Source of the DNA: Balanoglossus misakiensis
Lineage: Eukaryota > Animalia > Hemichordata
Length of the DNA: 64,000 nt
Assembly (NCBI GenBank): GCA_040954595.2
Contig: CM082591.2
Coordinates: 310,001-374,000 of the forward strand
Direction of reading: 5' to 3'
Positions 13,301 to 26,115 of this stretch are shown one piece after another (position 1 is the stretch's first letter; each line of letters opens with the position of its first letter). The position numbers and the translations under genes were made by a program. The notes under the pieces were generated by a model. That model was not told the DNA's origin and searched no databases. It worked only from the letters and a program-made list of their open reading frames with translations.

Positions 13301-15727
13301 CACACATTTCACCTATGGCAATGTTCTCGCTGCTAAGGGAAATTACAGTGGAGCTGCCCATGAATACATCAGAGCTTTAGACATCAACCCACAACTAGAA
13401 CCTGCATTGAAGACTCTTCACACACTAAGATGCCATGAAAAGTTTCACTGCGCAGCAAAAAGTAGCACTGATGAGAACAGTGATTCAGCAATGTGTCAGA
13501 GACCAGATCGATCTTCATCAGGAGCAACTAGTAGCAGTAGTCAGACGGCCACAGAGAGGAGAGTGGTGTGTCACCATGTGCAAGGAGTTGAACAGTGTCA
13601 GCTAGAGACCCGACAGAGAAAGGTTGTGAATGCAGACGATGGAAGCTGTTCCAGTATTTGTACAACAACTTGTAATTCTCCTCCATCAAGAGAGATATGC
13701 AGTGAACCAAATGGGATATCTGGCAACCGGAAATGCCAAGTCTGTACACAGTGTGAGGAAAACAAAGCATTCCAATGTCATTCTGCGTCCACTCAGCAGT
13801 GCATCTCTGACGCGCTGGAAATCATCGAGATTGGTGAAGATGATCTCTCAGACTTGGAAGATTTTGAAGAAAGTCTTGAACTGTTTGCGCCAGTTGCTAA
13901 GGCCCTGAGTGAAGAACAACGAGTTGTGAATTTAAAATCAAGTGACACAGAAGGCAAGAAAATGGTGAGTTTTGAAATCCAGGAAAGGAAAATATTCACC
14001 AGTAAGATAGTGTTCGTGAAAGTTTGTAAAGAAGCAGGGAAAGGTCACCATTCCCAACATCTATTTTTACATGTGTTCTAGGTAACAGTAAACTTGAAAA
14101 CATCATCAACAAGCAAGACAAAACAGACAAGCACAACAAATGGAAATGGCAACAAGAATCACAGCAAAGACATCAACAAGAGTAAACAAAGCAATGGAGG
14201 AGGGAAATCGGATGCAAACACTCCAACTCTGACAGGACCTCAGATTCCTGGAACACAGCAACTTAAACGTAAGGCAAACATTGTGATTATCACACAGTGA
14301 CTTGGGTAGTCTGTTGCTTTTCTTCTCCAAAGTTGACCTTTATAGCAAATAGCATGTCTGCAAATGTGAGAAAATTTTTCATTTGGTTACAGTCATTGCT
14401 GCAATGATAGAGAATTCGGAGCATCCATGGCCAAGTCTAGAGGAATGTAAAGATATCAAGAAAATCAATCTCAAGAGTTTTACGAGTACATGGCTGTCCG
14501 TAACTGCCAAGGAAGTGGAGTGAGTATTGTTGGTTTGTGACTTTTGAAAGAGTGAAACAAAGTCTGCAAAAAATAAAATGTTACAGCTAGTGTCTGTCAG
14601 AAACACATGCATGAACACACAGTTTTTCTGTATGGTTAAACCAAACACTGACTAACCTTCTGTTCTGTAAATTTCACTATTAGTCTGCGTGATCATCTCA
14701 ACTTTGATGACGATATTGAAGAAATCATATTGGAACCATTCTGTCAGGCCACTATTGGACCAAGTCTGTTCACACTTGATCATCTGAAAGGACTTGCTGA
14801 AAGAGATAAGATCGAGTATGCTGCAGAACAGGGTCTCAAAGAGGTGAGTCTGCAATATTGATAATTATTTTTAGAAGTGGTGCATGTCTGTCATGTTCAG
14901 TACAAATATGACGGTTCCTTACAAATTTGACAACTGGAACATTTAATTTGATTTTCTTGTCTTGACAGGTGTTAGAGACCCTAGGTGGAGACTTTGAATC
15001 CTATCTTTACATCGGAACAAGACTCAACATCGCAATCAGTTTCAACCAAACATCCTGGGTGCTCACCAACATGGCAGCCTTGTATTGGAGAGTGCAGGGA
15101 GATGCAGAGAAAGCATTGGATTGTCTCAGACAAGGTTTATTCTTTTCTCCAAGACCAGTCAGGGTAAGTTTTTTGTTATTAGTTCTAAAAAAAGTTGTCA
15201 TTACGGATACCTTTCTTATCAGGACACCTTTCTATTGAGACTGGTAAAGGATATCACCATTGTTAATGTCTGTATTCTTGGTTTGAATTTCAGGATATTG
15301 CGTTGATTAGTATGGCAAACATTTTCCATCGAGCTGGCTTGTATGAAGATGCCCTGGTTGTCACCAAAATGGCCATGGAGATTTCACCAAATCTTGTTGT
15401 CATACACTTCACTATGGCTAACATCTATTCTGCAATGGTGAGTTGCGCTGACCAGAGAAAGCAATTTTACGAAAATGATGAGATAATTAATTGACATCAC
15501 TGGGAAAAAAGATGAGCACCAACATGATGCAAAATTGTAATACAAATGATCCAATAATTAGATAAATAATAAATGTTCTCTGTTTTATCTTTCAGGGGGA
15601 TTTGATAGAAGCAATGCAATACTACGAATCAACGTTAACACTTCAACCAGAATTCCAACCGGCTGTGGAGAGACTTAACACAATAAAGTGTCAGTTACTA
15701 CAGTACCAAAAGAACTCAAAGAAATGA
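7364..15727 (+). CDS. TTC17: Tetratricopeptide repeat protein 17, multi-exon
   Basis: Exon 1 (7364-7480) encodes a signal-peptide-like segment followed by STHWVVTEDG, spliced to LDSVYSLRKPYDL, which matches the TTC17 N-terminus. Three TPR blocks begin SWVLFNLAAFYWRIKG, WILYTVAGLYWRVIG and SWVLTNMAALYWRVQG. The last exon (15596-15727) ends YYESTLTLQPEF...KK* with TGA at 15725-15727. AATAAA at ~16462. Confidence 0.92.
13201..13278. mobile_element. piggyBac-type MITE, degenerate copy with eroded right end, in a TTC17 intron
   Basis: CCCTTACACCACCATGGTTTGGTCCAAATCCATGGTTTTC... is similar to the copy at 37687-37770. Confidence 0.6.
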
Positions 15728-17420
15728 CAAGACAAATATAATTGCAACATCCATGCTGTTGTACCCTGTGTTACGCTAATTTTGGTACAGTCCATGGTTT
15801 GAACAGACTCAACCATTTTCCAGATAGGGAGTCAATCACTAAGCTTTTGCAAATTTTATATTTCAGTGTGTAGATTATGCATTCCACTTTCACATTGATT
15901 TTAAGTTAATGCAGAAAGAATGACAAAGTTAATGCAATGTTCATTCAGCTGGGCAAGATTATTTGTGAGCCAGAACTTCTGGCTGCTTTTTGTCATCATA
16001 ACACAATGTAATTGTACACACTTGGAACAAAGTTATTCACATACACATTCACATAATTTTACTTTCTTCAGCTCAATGAAATATTCACAATTCATTTACA
16101 GAGAAACTGGTCAATTTTCCTATTGACTGTCATTTTACCCATGATGCAAAATTCAAACTGGCTGTCCAAGAATTGCGAGATAAAATGAAACTCATTTCAA
16201 CAGATCTTGAAATTCCTCAAATCATGAAGTCAAAATCAGTGAAATTTGAATATCATGTGTTTTTTCCTTTTTCAACGAATCAGAGTGTGAAGCAAAAATG
16301 GACAACAAAATATGATTGCCAAATCCGTGTTTATTATTGTAAAAATTGTTTTTATATGCAAAGTTTGCAGTAGACTGGCAAAAGCCAGGTTTGTACGTGT
16401 TTTGTTAAAGAGTGGTCAAATGAAATACCACAATCACTGGTGGAGGGTGTGGTGAAAAGGAAATAAAAAAAATTGTTGAAAAAAATACAAGATTCTGTGT
16501 GTTCTTATTTACTGCTGGGGTTATCTACTCACGGTTAACCTGCAGTGTCATCATCTCTTCATCTCACTCCTAATATTCATAACATCTCTGGCATACACCT
16601 GCTCATAGAAAAAGTGACCTATCAGGGGCTGATTTTGTGACTGTTACATGCTAACCATTTCAGCAAACATACATGAACGACTTCAAACATTCTACACTGG
16701 ATCAATGGTCCACTGTATTACAAAACCAACAGCCAATTTTTACAATATCTCCCCTGATGTATGTAATATTAATACACAAAATGTTCCTCATAACAGATAA
16801 GGTGGTCGTACCAGCAACCAAATTAAATCATTGCTTGAAATGTGGATTTGCCTCTACTTATAAATTCACATTTTGCATTACATTATAAAGTCCAATTTAC
16901 CAAAAGAAACTCTCTGAGTAGTCACCCCACTTGATATGATAGGAATTTGCTGACAAGATAAACTACATTTCAATCACTGAATCTTGGTCAAGGCAGCAAC
17001 TTAAACTAGAAACAAAATATGAGGCTTCACACTTGTAGAAATTACATCTATTTGTATCAAACCTGTCTGGAATGAAAATAGAATTGTCACCTGCTCGATC
17101 ATGAAATATCTCTGTACTTTGCAGAAATTTAATGTATAGATACTCATTTTGCATTGCAATTACCCGATAGCATTGTGCTGTACAACAATGTCTCATTGTT
17201 CTTAAAAAATGAAATAAAAAAAACATCCTGTAACCTCAAGAATACAAAGTAACTTCAAAAGAAACATCCGAAACAACTAAAAATCAAGAACGGGAAAAGA
17301 AAAAGAAAATTACAACTGAAATCATGAAAGACTACAAAATAAAAGCTGTACTATCTCTCAAGATTTCTTCAATCAAAATATCGATTATAGCCACTTGAAG
17401 AGAGTATCCCCGTTTGAGTT

Positions 17421-19857
17421 TTAATCAAAAGTTTCCTTGGCAGGACGAGGACTATCCAAGTACCATCTGAAAAACAATAAAATCTAGTAACGTTGGTTGT
17501 TTACACTCGTAAATTACGATCACATTTCATATCAGGAATATCTCATCATGCACGCCACTGGCAACCAGAATGTGCACAACTCTATAATTGGAGCATTTGT
17601 GGTAGAAAACTAAGTTGTTACAGTAACGTACCTGTAGAGAAATTCCGCAATACCATAGCCTTTCTGACCATTGACGTTGACACTTATCATTTGTTCAAAG
17701 ATCTTCGCTTCCCAATTGAATCCCATGTAGAATATAGGAGCTAATTTGACATCAACGGCCATGTTGTACTTCTCATCCCCTGTCAATCAAACATGGCACA
17801 AACCAATGACGTATTAGAGAAGATATCATGTGACTTCAGTAATTTGATCAGCTGTCAATCATCAGCAGATTGAACATGAAGTGTTGATGATAAAAAGCAT
17901 GTGACTATCTGAATGAAAACACTAACCAACTGCAAAATTGACTTCATATTTCTTTGGTGGAATCCCGTCTTCTCCAAGCTTTGGAAGAGACATGTCTGTT
18001 GTTGTAATGGCTTTCTTCTTCCCATCAGGAGTCATGATGTAACCAATTGAAAGACTGCAACAAAATATCAATAACTGTAACACTTGTGGACAGATTGAAT
18101 ATATCACAAACATACGGCACACGCCTTGACACACACTTGCATATTCAATTCTGATGCAATTGATGACAAGACTTACTCAGATAAAGTCTGTGGAAGACAA
18201 ATCTTTCCTAGATTGATAGAAGTGCCATCTTCGAGATGAATCATGTGAATACCATATCGGTGGAAATCACCCCACTCCCGGTGGTTACCTGTCACAAGAT
18301 ATAAAAAGAAAGTCATTAGAGATTTTCTTTCTTGTATCAGTGCTTTATATCGCAAGTTAGTATAGAATACATTGTATATCTAAATATGGTTTAGACACAC
18401 TTACCATAGGAATGATCTCTCATGCCCTTGAAATTTAAATTCATGGCCTCTTGATCATTGATCTGAAAGGTCCCTTCCCATTCTCCAAACTGTTCATAAT
18501 GAGTTTGATGTGCACTAAAAGTTAAAATGGAGATTGTTATAATAACACTGCAACATAAGTATAACTGCTGACACTATAGTGATAGCAATGATCGATCCTA
18601 TGAAATATCCACCAGTTTTCAACAACTGAACTCAATTCAATCTCACTCCAGAATAGAGTTAACAACATTATCTCTGATCAACTGCAAGACTCACTCTTTT
18701 AGAAGCTGGAAGAACTCTCTGCTCCATGGTTGCTTAGCAACAGCATCTGATATGGTTTCGGGTGCCTGGTCCACATCAAAGTCAAAGTAATCTGTGTTTG
18801 CCGTCCATCTGCAAATAACAAAACAAATCTGTGCATAGAGACTGTACCATAGAAGACCATGGCGGTGAAAGGAACAATTAGATCTAAGTAAAAATATCTC
18901 TTTGATTTGTTGATTATTTAGTACATACGTAAATTCAAACTTTGCATGAACTAAGTCAACTTCATCATCTTTCCATTCTTCCCGTGGTCCTTTTCTGAAA
19001 AAGAAAAAATATCCATCATTGACTTGAATTAACTCTCAGTCACCATCCTTCGAAAGAAAGTCCATGGCCATGTCCAGGTCTCGAACTCACATTTCTCTGA
19101 TTGTGAGTCTGCAGGTACCACTCACCACATTTATAAAGTAAATCATCAAAGAAAACCTTACCTGAGTTTACCATCATATGAGATAACCCATGTCTTCATT
19201 GGGGTTTGGCATTGTATCTTCAAACCACCAGCATCATGAGCATTGGGATCACAGCCATACACAGTGGAGTCCGGATGCTCTGGAAGTTGGAATAATCCAA
19301 CATCCGGAATGTTGAGAAACAGGACGATCTGTGCCACATTCTTTGGTCTTCGTGACAATGCAGTCACAATGTATGCACCATTTTCATTGGATCCATTGAA
19401 GTAAACGGCATCTACAGCCTGCAATCAATATACAAAGATCCATTGCATAATTACTGTAAAACAACACTAACTTCCATTTGCTGAGAATTATATTCATGCA
19501 TGCATGCTGTAATACAAGCATTGCCATCCTTGTGGAAGAAGGCATGATTTACGAAATAACTGCATTCATAAACACAAATATTACCTTTGGAGTATTTGGC
19601 AGTTTCTGCGCACACTCCATTTCTTCCACATTAATTTTCGATCTCACGCCATATCCAGCCCCACCACTCGATGCTTTTTGAAGATCCCTATTGGCTCGCC
19701 ATTTCCTGAGTTTTAGAAGCAACAAAAAGAGACCGCGCTTTTCCCAATACCATGGCCCAGCTTGAGCGTACTTCCCATATAGCGCTACAGGTTCCGGAAG
19801 GTAAAGATTTCGTAGGAAGTATAAAAAGAGAATGCTACAAAAAATAAACACAAACAT
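17421..19857 (-). CDS. Uncharacterised conserved invertebrate protein with an N-terminal hydrophobic anchor, multi-exon
   Basis: ATG at 19857 (MFVFIFCSILFLYFL). Exons encode AVDAVYFNG, GLKIQCQTPMKTWVISYDGKL, HQTHYEQFG, MRDHSYG, REWGDFHRY and GYGIAEFLYR, with stop TAA at 17421-17423. The motifs resemble a family of putative hydroxyneurosporene-synthase/tocopherol-cyclase-like beta-barrel proteins (from memory, unverified). Confidence 0.72.
19061..19129 (-). mobile_element. tRNA-derived SINE head remnant in an intron
   Basis: The minus strand has an A-box-like TGGTGAGTGG and a B-box GAGTTCGAGACC at tRNA-like spacing. No complete cloverleaf or acceptor stem is present. Confidence 0.45.
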
Positions 19858-21580
19858 TGTTCTCTTCTCTTTGAAATAATAAATGCAATCGTCCAATGTA
19901 CAAGGCACAAGGCAACACCTGCTACATACGAGTTACCAGGGCAGTGGTACGCATAGTACGAGGTACCGGTCGGAGTGCACTTTATGGTAATAATCAGATT
20001 TCAATTAAATTTCGGATACACTCGCAAGTATTATTTTTGAAATTGTTTCTTAGTTTTAGAACGATTATAGAAAGACATGATTCGACAGAAAGTTGCAAGA
20101 TGAATATCAAAAGCTCTTAAGACTGCAATGAAAGAGAAGCCATTTACCATGTATGTTAACTGTTAGGATTTGAAAATCTATCTTGAATCCATTTGGGAAG
20201 TTAGTCGTTTGCGAATTGAACTTTGACCCACGTAGGGTCAATGAACTTTTCATGCGTAAAGCACACCAACTCTGTACATACCGTACAAGGGTTCACATCA
20301 CTTAATAGTCTGCAATAGACAACACATGTAATTGTTAATTCCCAATAAGTTTGCATCTGCTACAATTAATAACAATTAGTCATACCAGGCAAACAAATAA
20401 ACAGTGGAGTTTATGGACATCCGCTCGTTTCGTTTTGGGTTTCGCTCAAAGTATAGCTCAAATCTTTCTCTTTTGGTAGCATATTACTTACTTTGGAAGA
20501 GTATTGCTGAACAAGATCAATAATTTCATTTGGTTTTTTTAACATGGTGCCAATGTATTTTACTATGTATGACTTGGCAAAATTTGAATGAGCAAAACCC
20601 AAAAATAAATCACGAGCACGTGTTGTTTGAAGCTGACCTCATATGACCTTTAACTTTATACAGCAGGATACTTGTATAAACTGTTCAGTGGATGTTTCGT
20701 CACCCAACGGCATACGAGGACGGTTTAGATAAATGAATAGCCAACATGTAAATGGCAGAGTCAAGCGAACTTTGACCGACATTCAGAGTGTTGTTGTCAT
20801 TGTACCACCCAGGTAATTTATATCAGGTCACATGACATATAGACAAGCATGCGCATATAGCCTGACTGGCCTGAGGTGGTACCCAACAGTAACACTCAAG
20901 TCGGAGTTTTCTAACGATTTCCTCCTGTGTGTTAACAAGTGTACAAGGAACTAATTGGACAGTGTGAGAGAATCGACTTCACTACCACATTAAGGTACGT
21001 TGCATTGCATTGTATTGTATAGTGTACGTTGCTTAATTGAGGATTTCCTCAAGACTGTTTTTTGCAATTGTCAACCCCAGTGCCTTTGTTCATTGACAGA
21101 CAAATACCAGACCCAAAATAGAAACCTTTCAAACTGAATTAGTTCTTCAACATACCTGAATAAAACATTTTTAAAGGCCTTATACTTAAAGCTCAGAGTG
21201 AAGTCATGAAATTAACATCATTGAAATTTAACAGAGCACACATTTGAAATGCGCGTAATCTATTCCTGGTAATTAATCATACATGGCTGCCAGTTTCTTG
21301 TTTACCTGTAGTAAAGTTAATGTTTAAACCAGTTTCGGTTAGTTTTCAAACCAGTAGTCTTGAGTCTGGCTTAAATTTACAAGCTTGTAATTTTGAACAC
21401 AACTTGGAAACCATCCCATGTATTGTGCATTACCAACGGTTGCATACTTTGGGTACAAGAAAGTCACTGAGACTACGATAAATATCTGATTATTGTAATT
21501 CTGTTTGCTTTTAGATAACGCTGAAAAATAAGGTGTGCCTTTAAGTCCAGCCAGATGAAGATGTCTGTCAACAAAATCCA

Positions 21581-23744
21581 ATGAATGCAGAAAAGAATCG
21601 AGAAGAACAGGAGACACCATCGAAGAGAACGGCAGAGGAGGTATCTGATGATATAACCAAACAAACGAAGAAAATCCACATTGAAGAATTGCCTGAAATG
21701 GCAACACCTTCAACCATATCTTTCAATCTTGCACTGGATGAAAGTGCCTTTCAGCAGCATCTACGAGACAAAGCAACGAACGAGGCAATGAAGCAGGCGG
21801 CTGCTGCATCTTGGAACAAATGCAAACATGGGTTGGAGAGAAGAGCAGCTGAACTGGCAACCAACAGCGATGACTTGAATAAATTCAAGAGAATTTGCTC
21901 CGATGTACTGGGTAGTGTGAACGGATTCCGTATGACAATGAAATCCCTGCAAATCACAGTGGATATGCCTGTACTTTTTAATCTTTTCAAACTGCGGGCA
22001 ACAGCCGACTCAACAACTTTAGGTAGAGAACTGGAACCTTTCTTAATAACAGATGAAATGAGAGAGGAGGCCAACAAAGCTGGAATACCACTACAGCTGA
22101 CAGTATCATATGACAAAGCAAGGTTTGATGAAGTTGAACTATTCTTCCTCAACAGTAAGTGTTGTTCTTAGGTCACCAATACTTTAAATTAAAAATCAGT
22201 CAGGGCTCTTTACAGGATATACCTACATCTGTAAACATTCACTGGGGTGGGGCCTTTGCCTGAGCAGTGTCTCTTACCAGCAGAAATACAGACCTGTGTA
22301 TATATATTTTATTTCATATACCTGTAGAGTGTAAACATTGATTGTACCATTTTATATATTGTTCAGGAGATGGAGGAGGAATAAGATCAATAAATATCCC
22401 CTATAACAAAGAAGATTATGAGGATGATGAGGATGATGATGAAATGGAAATAATGGATGAGGTATGCTTAGATTTTTATGGCAGTGAATGTTAATATGGG
22501 AAGGGGTCGTCGCACCGCTTGGGTGTCTCCCTCAATGAGAAAATATCCTCCCATACCAGCACAAACAATTGTACTTGTCAACATGAAATGTTTTATCAGC
22601 TGTACACTTTCCAATTCAGTTTCACAGCTCATGTCTGGCTTACTATGATGCATCAATGGACACTAAACGATTTGTCCTGCAGCCTGGCCTGGGAAGTGGT
22701 GAGTACAAGATTTGGGATTTGTAAAGATAATTATGTGTTTCAAGAACAGATTTGGGGGTGCAAGATCATCTTGCTGATGTCTCAGAGTTACAGGAGCAAC
22801 TCTTTTGAACCCATACTTTAAGTTTAACCCTTTTACCCCCAGTTCCACCTTTAAAGGTCCAATCTTACCATAGAAAACACTGGGTTTGAACTGAATCATG
22901 GTGGTGAAAGGGTTAAATAATAACAGATTAAGATTTGTTTCAGGAATGGAAGACGAAACCTCACCTGATTCTATCAGTTTACAAGTCAAAAGCTTACTGC
23001 CCTTTGAAGTTAAAAATCTACAGCAGCTAAGGCAACTGCAGTCTTTACAGTCAGAAACATTTCGTTTGAGACAACGGTTGGAAAAAGTGATGGCACAGAA
23101 GAATAAAGTTCTGGCAGACAAGAACGCTGTGGAGAAGAAGTTAACAGAAGCAATGCAGGAAAAGTTGAACTTAGAAATGCAGTATAAAGATGGATTAGAG
23201 AAACTTGTAAAAGCTGAAAATGTCGCTTCCACTCAACGTACAGACATCAAATCCCTCAAGAAAAGATTGAAAGATTTAAACCCTAAATACATCAAAGAAC
23301 TACGATCCAAATTGGAACAAAAAGACAAAGAAATCGCTGAACTCGAAACTGAATTATCAAAACTAGACGATACTGAAATGACTGAAACTGTTCAACCTGA
23401 AGGTGAGATTGAATATTTTTTCATGTTTTAGTTCATCCACAAGCGATCAATATTGATCTAACTTGTTAATGCATTTACAATCAATATTTTCAGGATCAAC
23501 AGGAGGAGAAACTGTATCCATGGAAACCACATCAACACAACCTGAGGTGCCAAGTGTGCCATCAACAAGCAAAAGCTTATCAGGTAAACATGGTTACATA
23601 TTGTCGAAATATACGCATTGTTTAACCTATTTCATGAACTCTTCTTTGATTTCAAAAATCAGAGTCAAATATTTGCAATTCTAACATACTCTCCATGCAT
23701 TTTAATACAAGAGGTTTGCTCTTTGTTCATCTGTAGGTCACTAG
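21581..23744 (+). CDS. Protein with a putative TRADD-N-like domain, acidic linker and coiled coil
   Basis: Reconstructed exons: 21581-22154, 22367-22461, 22683-22698 (16 nt), 22944-23402, 23494-23583 and 23737-23744 (TAG). A non-coding first exon ends near 20994 (AG|GTACGT). Heptad coiled coil LRQRLEKVMAQKNKVL...IAELETELSKL. AATAAA at ~24155. Confidence 0.7.
22824..22916. mobile_element. piggyBac-type MITE (85 bp) with intact TTAA target-site duplication
   Basis: TTAA|CCCTTTTACC...GGTGAAAGGG|TTAA; element spans 22828-22912. Confidence 0.85.
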
Positions 23745-26115
23745 TCAATGAGGATACTGGATGGCCGAAGTCCAAAGCCAGGACAAATATTTAAATGACC
23801 AAGTCATATCGTGTTCCATGGTGACCAGCTGGTGGTGGTGTGTGACACATGCAGTTGAACAATAATTTATAAATACTCAATCAAGATTATAAAGATGGCC
23901 AAGTCTTCAGAAAGACGCTTTGATAATGGCGGACATTCCAAAATCAAAACTATGATAGTATGAACAATTCTTAGAATAATTACTTACCTGCAGACATCAA
24001 TGTTCATAGCACAATTCTATAAAATGGATTTGTTTTGCTCACTGAGGTCACACTCAGGTCATCGGCTTCTGAAGTCTTCAAGATCATCCAAGATAGATGT
24101 GTATGTTGGTGGTCAAGGTTCTTGTACAAGTTGCCTTGGGTTTTGGCTGTCAACAATAAAAATTTAAATTAATGCTGTTTTAACACTGGAATCACTGCTT
24201 GTTTTGATCATGAAATGATCCAAAAAACTTCATCAATTTGGTGTGAAAGATTGTGGTTGTAGTGAGCTATGGTACTCACGTAGCGTTTCCATCAATGACA
24301 ACAAAAATGTGTATGTAGTGAGCTGAATGGTATCCTGCTTTGAGAAATCCTATGTACTACGTAATACCAGGGACAGAAATGCTGCTTTGTAAATATAAAC
24401 AAGTAGATATAAACATTATTACCATGAAAAATGTGTCAACAAAATGTACTTTTATAAATCTTTGATATTATATAATTATGCATTAACCACATGTAAATAC
24501 ATCATGAACATGATAAGAAATTGACCTGACTACAATTATAATTTATGCATAATCTAGTTATACTTGGATATTTTTTTCTTTCAAATTAAAAAAAATGTAC
24601 CTAGCTAGTAATTGAAGTAATAAACTTTCTTTGCAATCACTACATCTTCTGAGTACGAATATTAAAAACCGGGGATGTTGATAATGTTTTCCACAGGTGG
24701 CAAAAGTGGTTGAAATGTGCATGACCATGTAAATTGCCAAACACACACAAATCAATTTCGGGGAAGTTTTTTTTTTTACGTTTGGGAGGATTATTTTGAG
24801 AAATACGTGTTCCATTTATCAGTCACTTCATCTTGTGAATAAAAATAATTCATAAGTGACCAGTATTGGAAAAAATTCTGGTCAATATTTTCAGCAATTT
24901 TGGCATGGGGATCGAAGGAAGCTGCGCCTGCTGTCGTCATCTTCTTTATATTCAAGTAATTTATCTACTTCAAATTGGAATTTGGATGAAGGCTGAACGC
25001 AAAATAATTCTCAAAACTTACCAGTATATCCTCCGATATCTATTATGTTGTAAATTGTACAGGTTGTGCACTCGATAGTCTAAAATAGTTTTCTTTCAAA
25101 TATATGAACAAGGGATGCGCACATACCCACTGCAGTGTACCACCGCCATGACTGGTTTCGACAAAGAACGTAGGGGGCGCAATTTACGAAAAACGTCACT
25201 GAAACTAACACATTTTCTGACCCTTTTTTCGATGTTTTTTTCTCGATAAAAATTACCAAAAGCTATGTATGTTAACTCCAATATATAAGGTGTTAGGCAA
25301 CTATATCGAAAATGAACGTTCTATTATACTTGTGCAGAAATCGGTTATTTTGAGAATTCTATATCAGTTTTATCCTCGAGAAATTCGCGTGAATGAATAT
25401 GAAACAACGAAAACGCGACGTCAAAGGATTTTCAGTTATTTCAAATCACGCGTTGCAAAAAGTCCTCAATTAATACCATCTAGGCCTACTTGGCAAACCA
25501 GAACGAACAAAAAATCACCACAAAATAGAGACTGATATTGTATACAGCACGGCTGTTATGTTAGAATTATTAATTTTTGATCAGCATGTCACTAATTTGT
25601 GAGTTTGTTCATCCCTGTTGCATCAGTTTGACCTTTAGGCTTAAGGTGAACTGAAACCACAGACACAGATAAATAAACGCGTGTTCAGTGATTGTCCACA
25701 CACTGGTCAAAGTGACACTTTGGAGTGGTGTCGAACAACAGAGAAGATTGTCAGCCGCTGGATTGGAACATAAATTGGCAGGGTAAGTTTGTCATGCGTA
25801 GAATTGTCATTATACGACGATATGGAAGAATCGCATGTAATAAAACATAAAGTTTACAATCTGCGATGGGACTACGCTGGTAGCGACAGAAATATTCGAA
25901 GTTATAAAGTCACGCCAAATAGTTTGCATCTACAATGTAATCTTTGTCGTAGAGTAAAGTTCGCCACACATACGAAACTTGATAAAAGTGTGAAATATTG
26001 CAGACATCGCGCGTACAGATATCACTTTAGAATGATTAACATTTGTAATTGAAAGGTAGAAAAATCCACTTATAATTTGCCGTAAACAAAATATACATAA
26101 CTTAATTTCAGAACG

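Noticed and set aside
19061-19129. Functional tRNA gene
   Set aside because: A and B boxes are present but there is no complete cloverleaf, so it is treated as a SINE remnant.
22898-22943. Start MVVKGLNN of ORF 22898-23431 as a separate gene
   Set aside because: The ATG lies inside a MITE. The coding part is an internal exon starting at the acceptor at 22944.
24560-25540. CpG-richer intergenic block, possibly a DNA transposon remnant
   Set aside because: I could not define TIRs, a target-site duplication or transposase motifs by eye.
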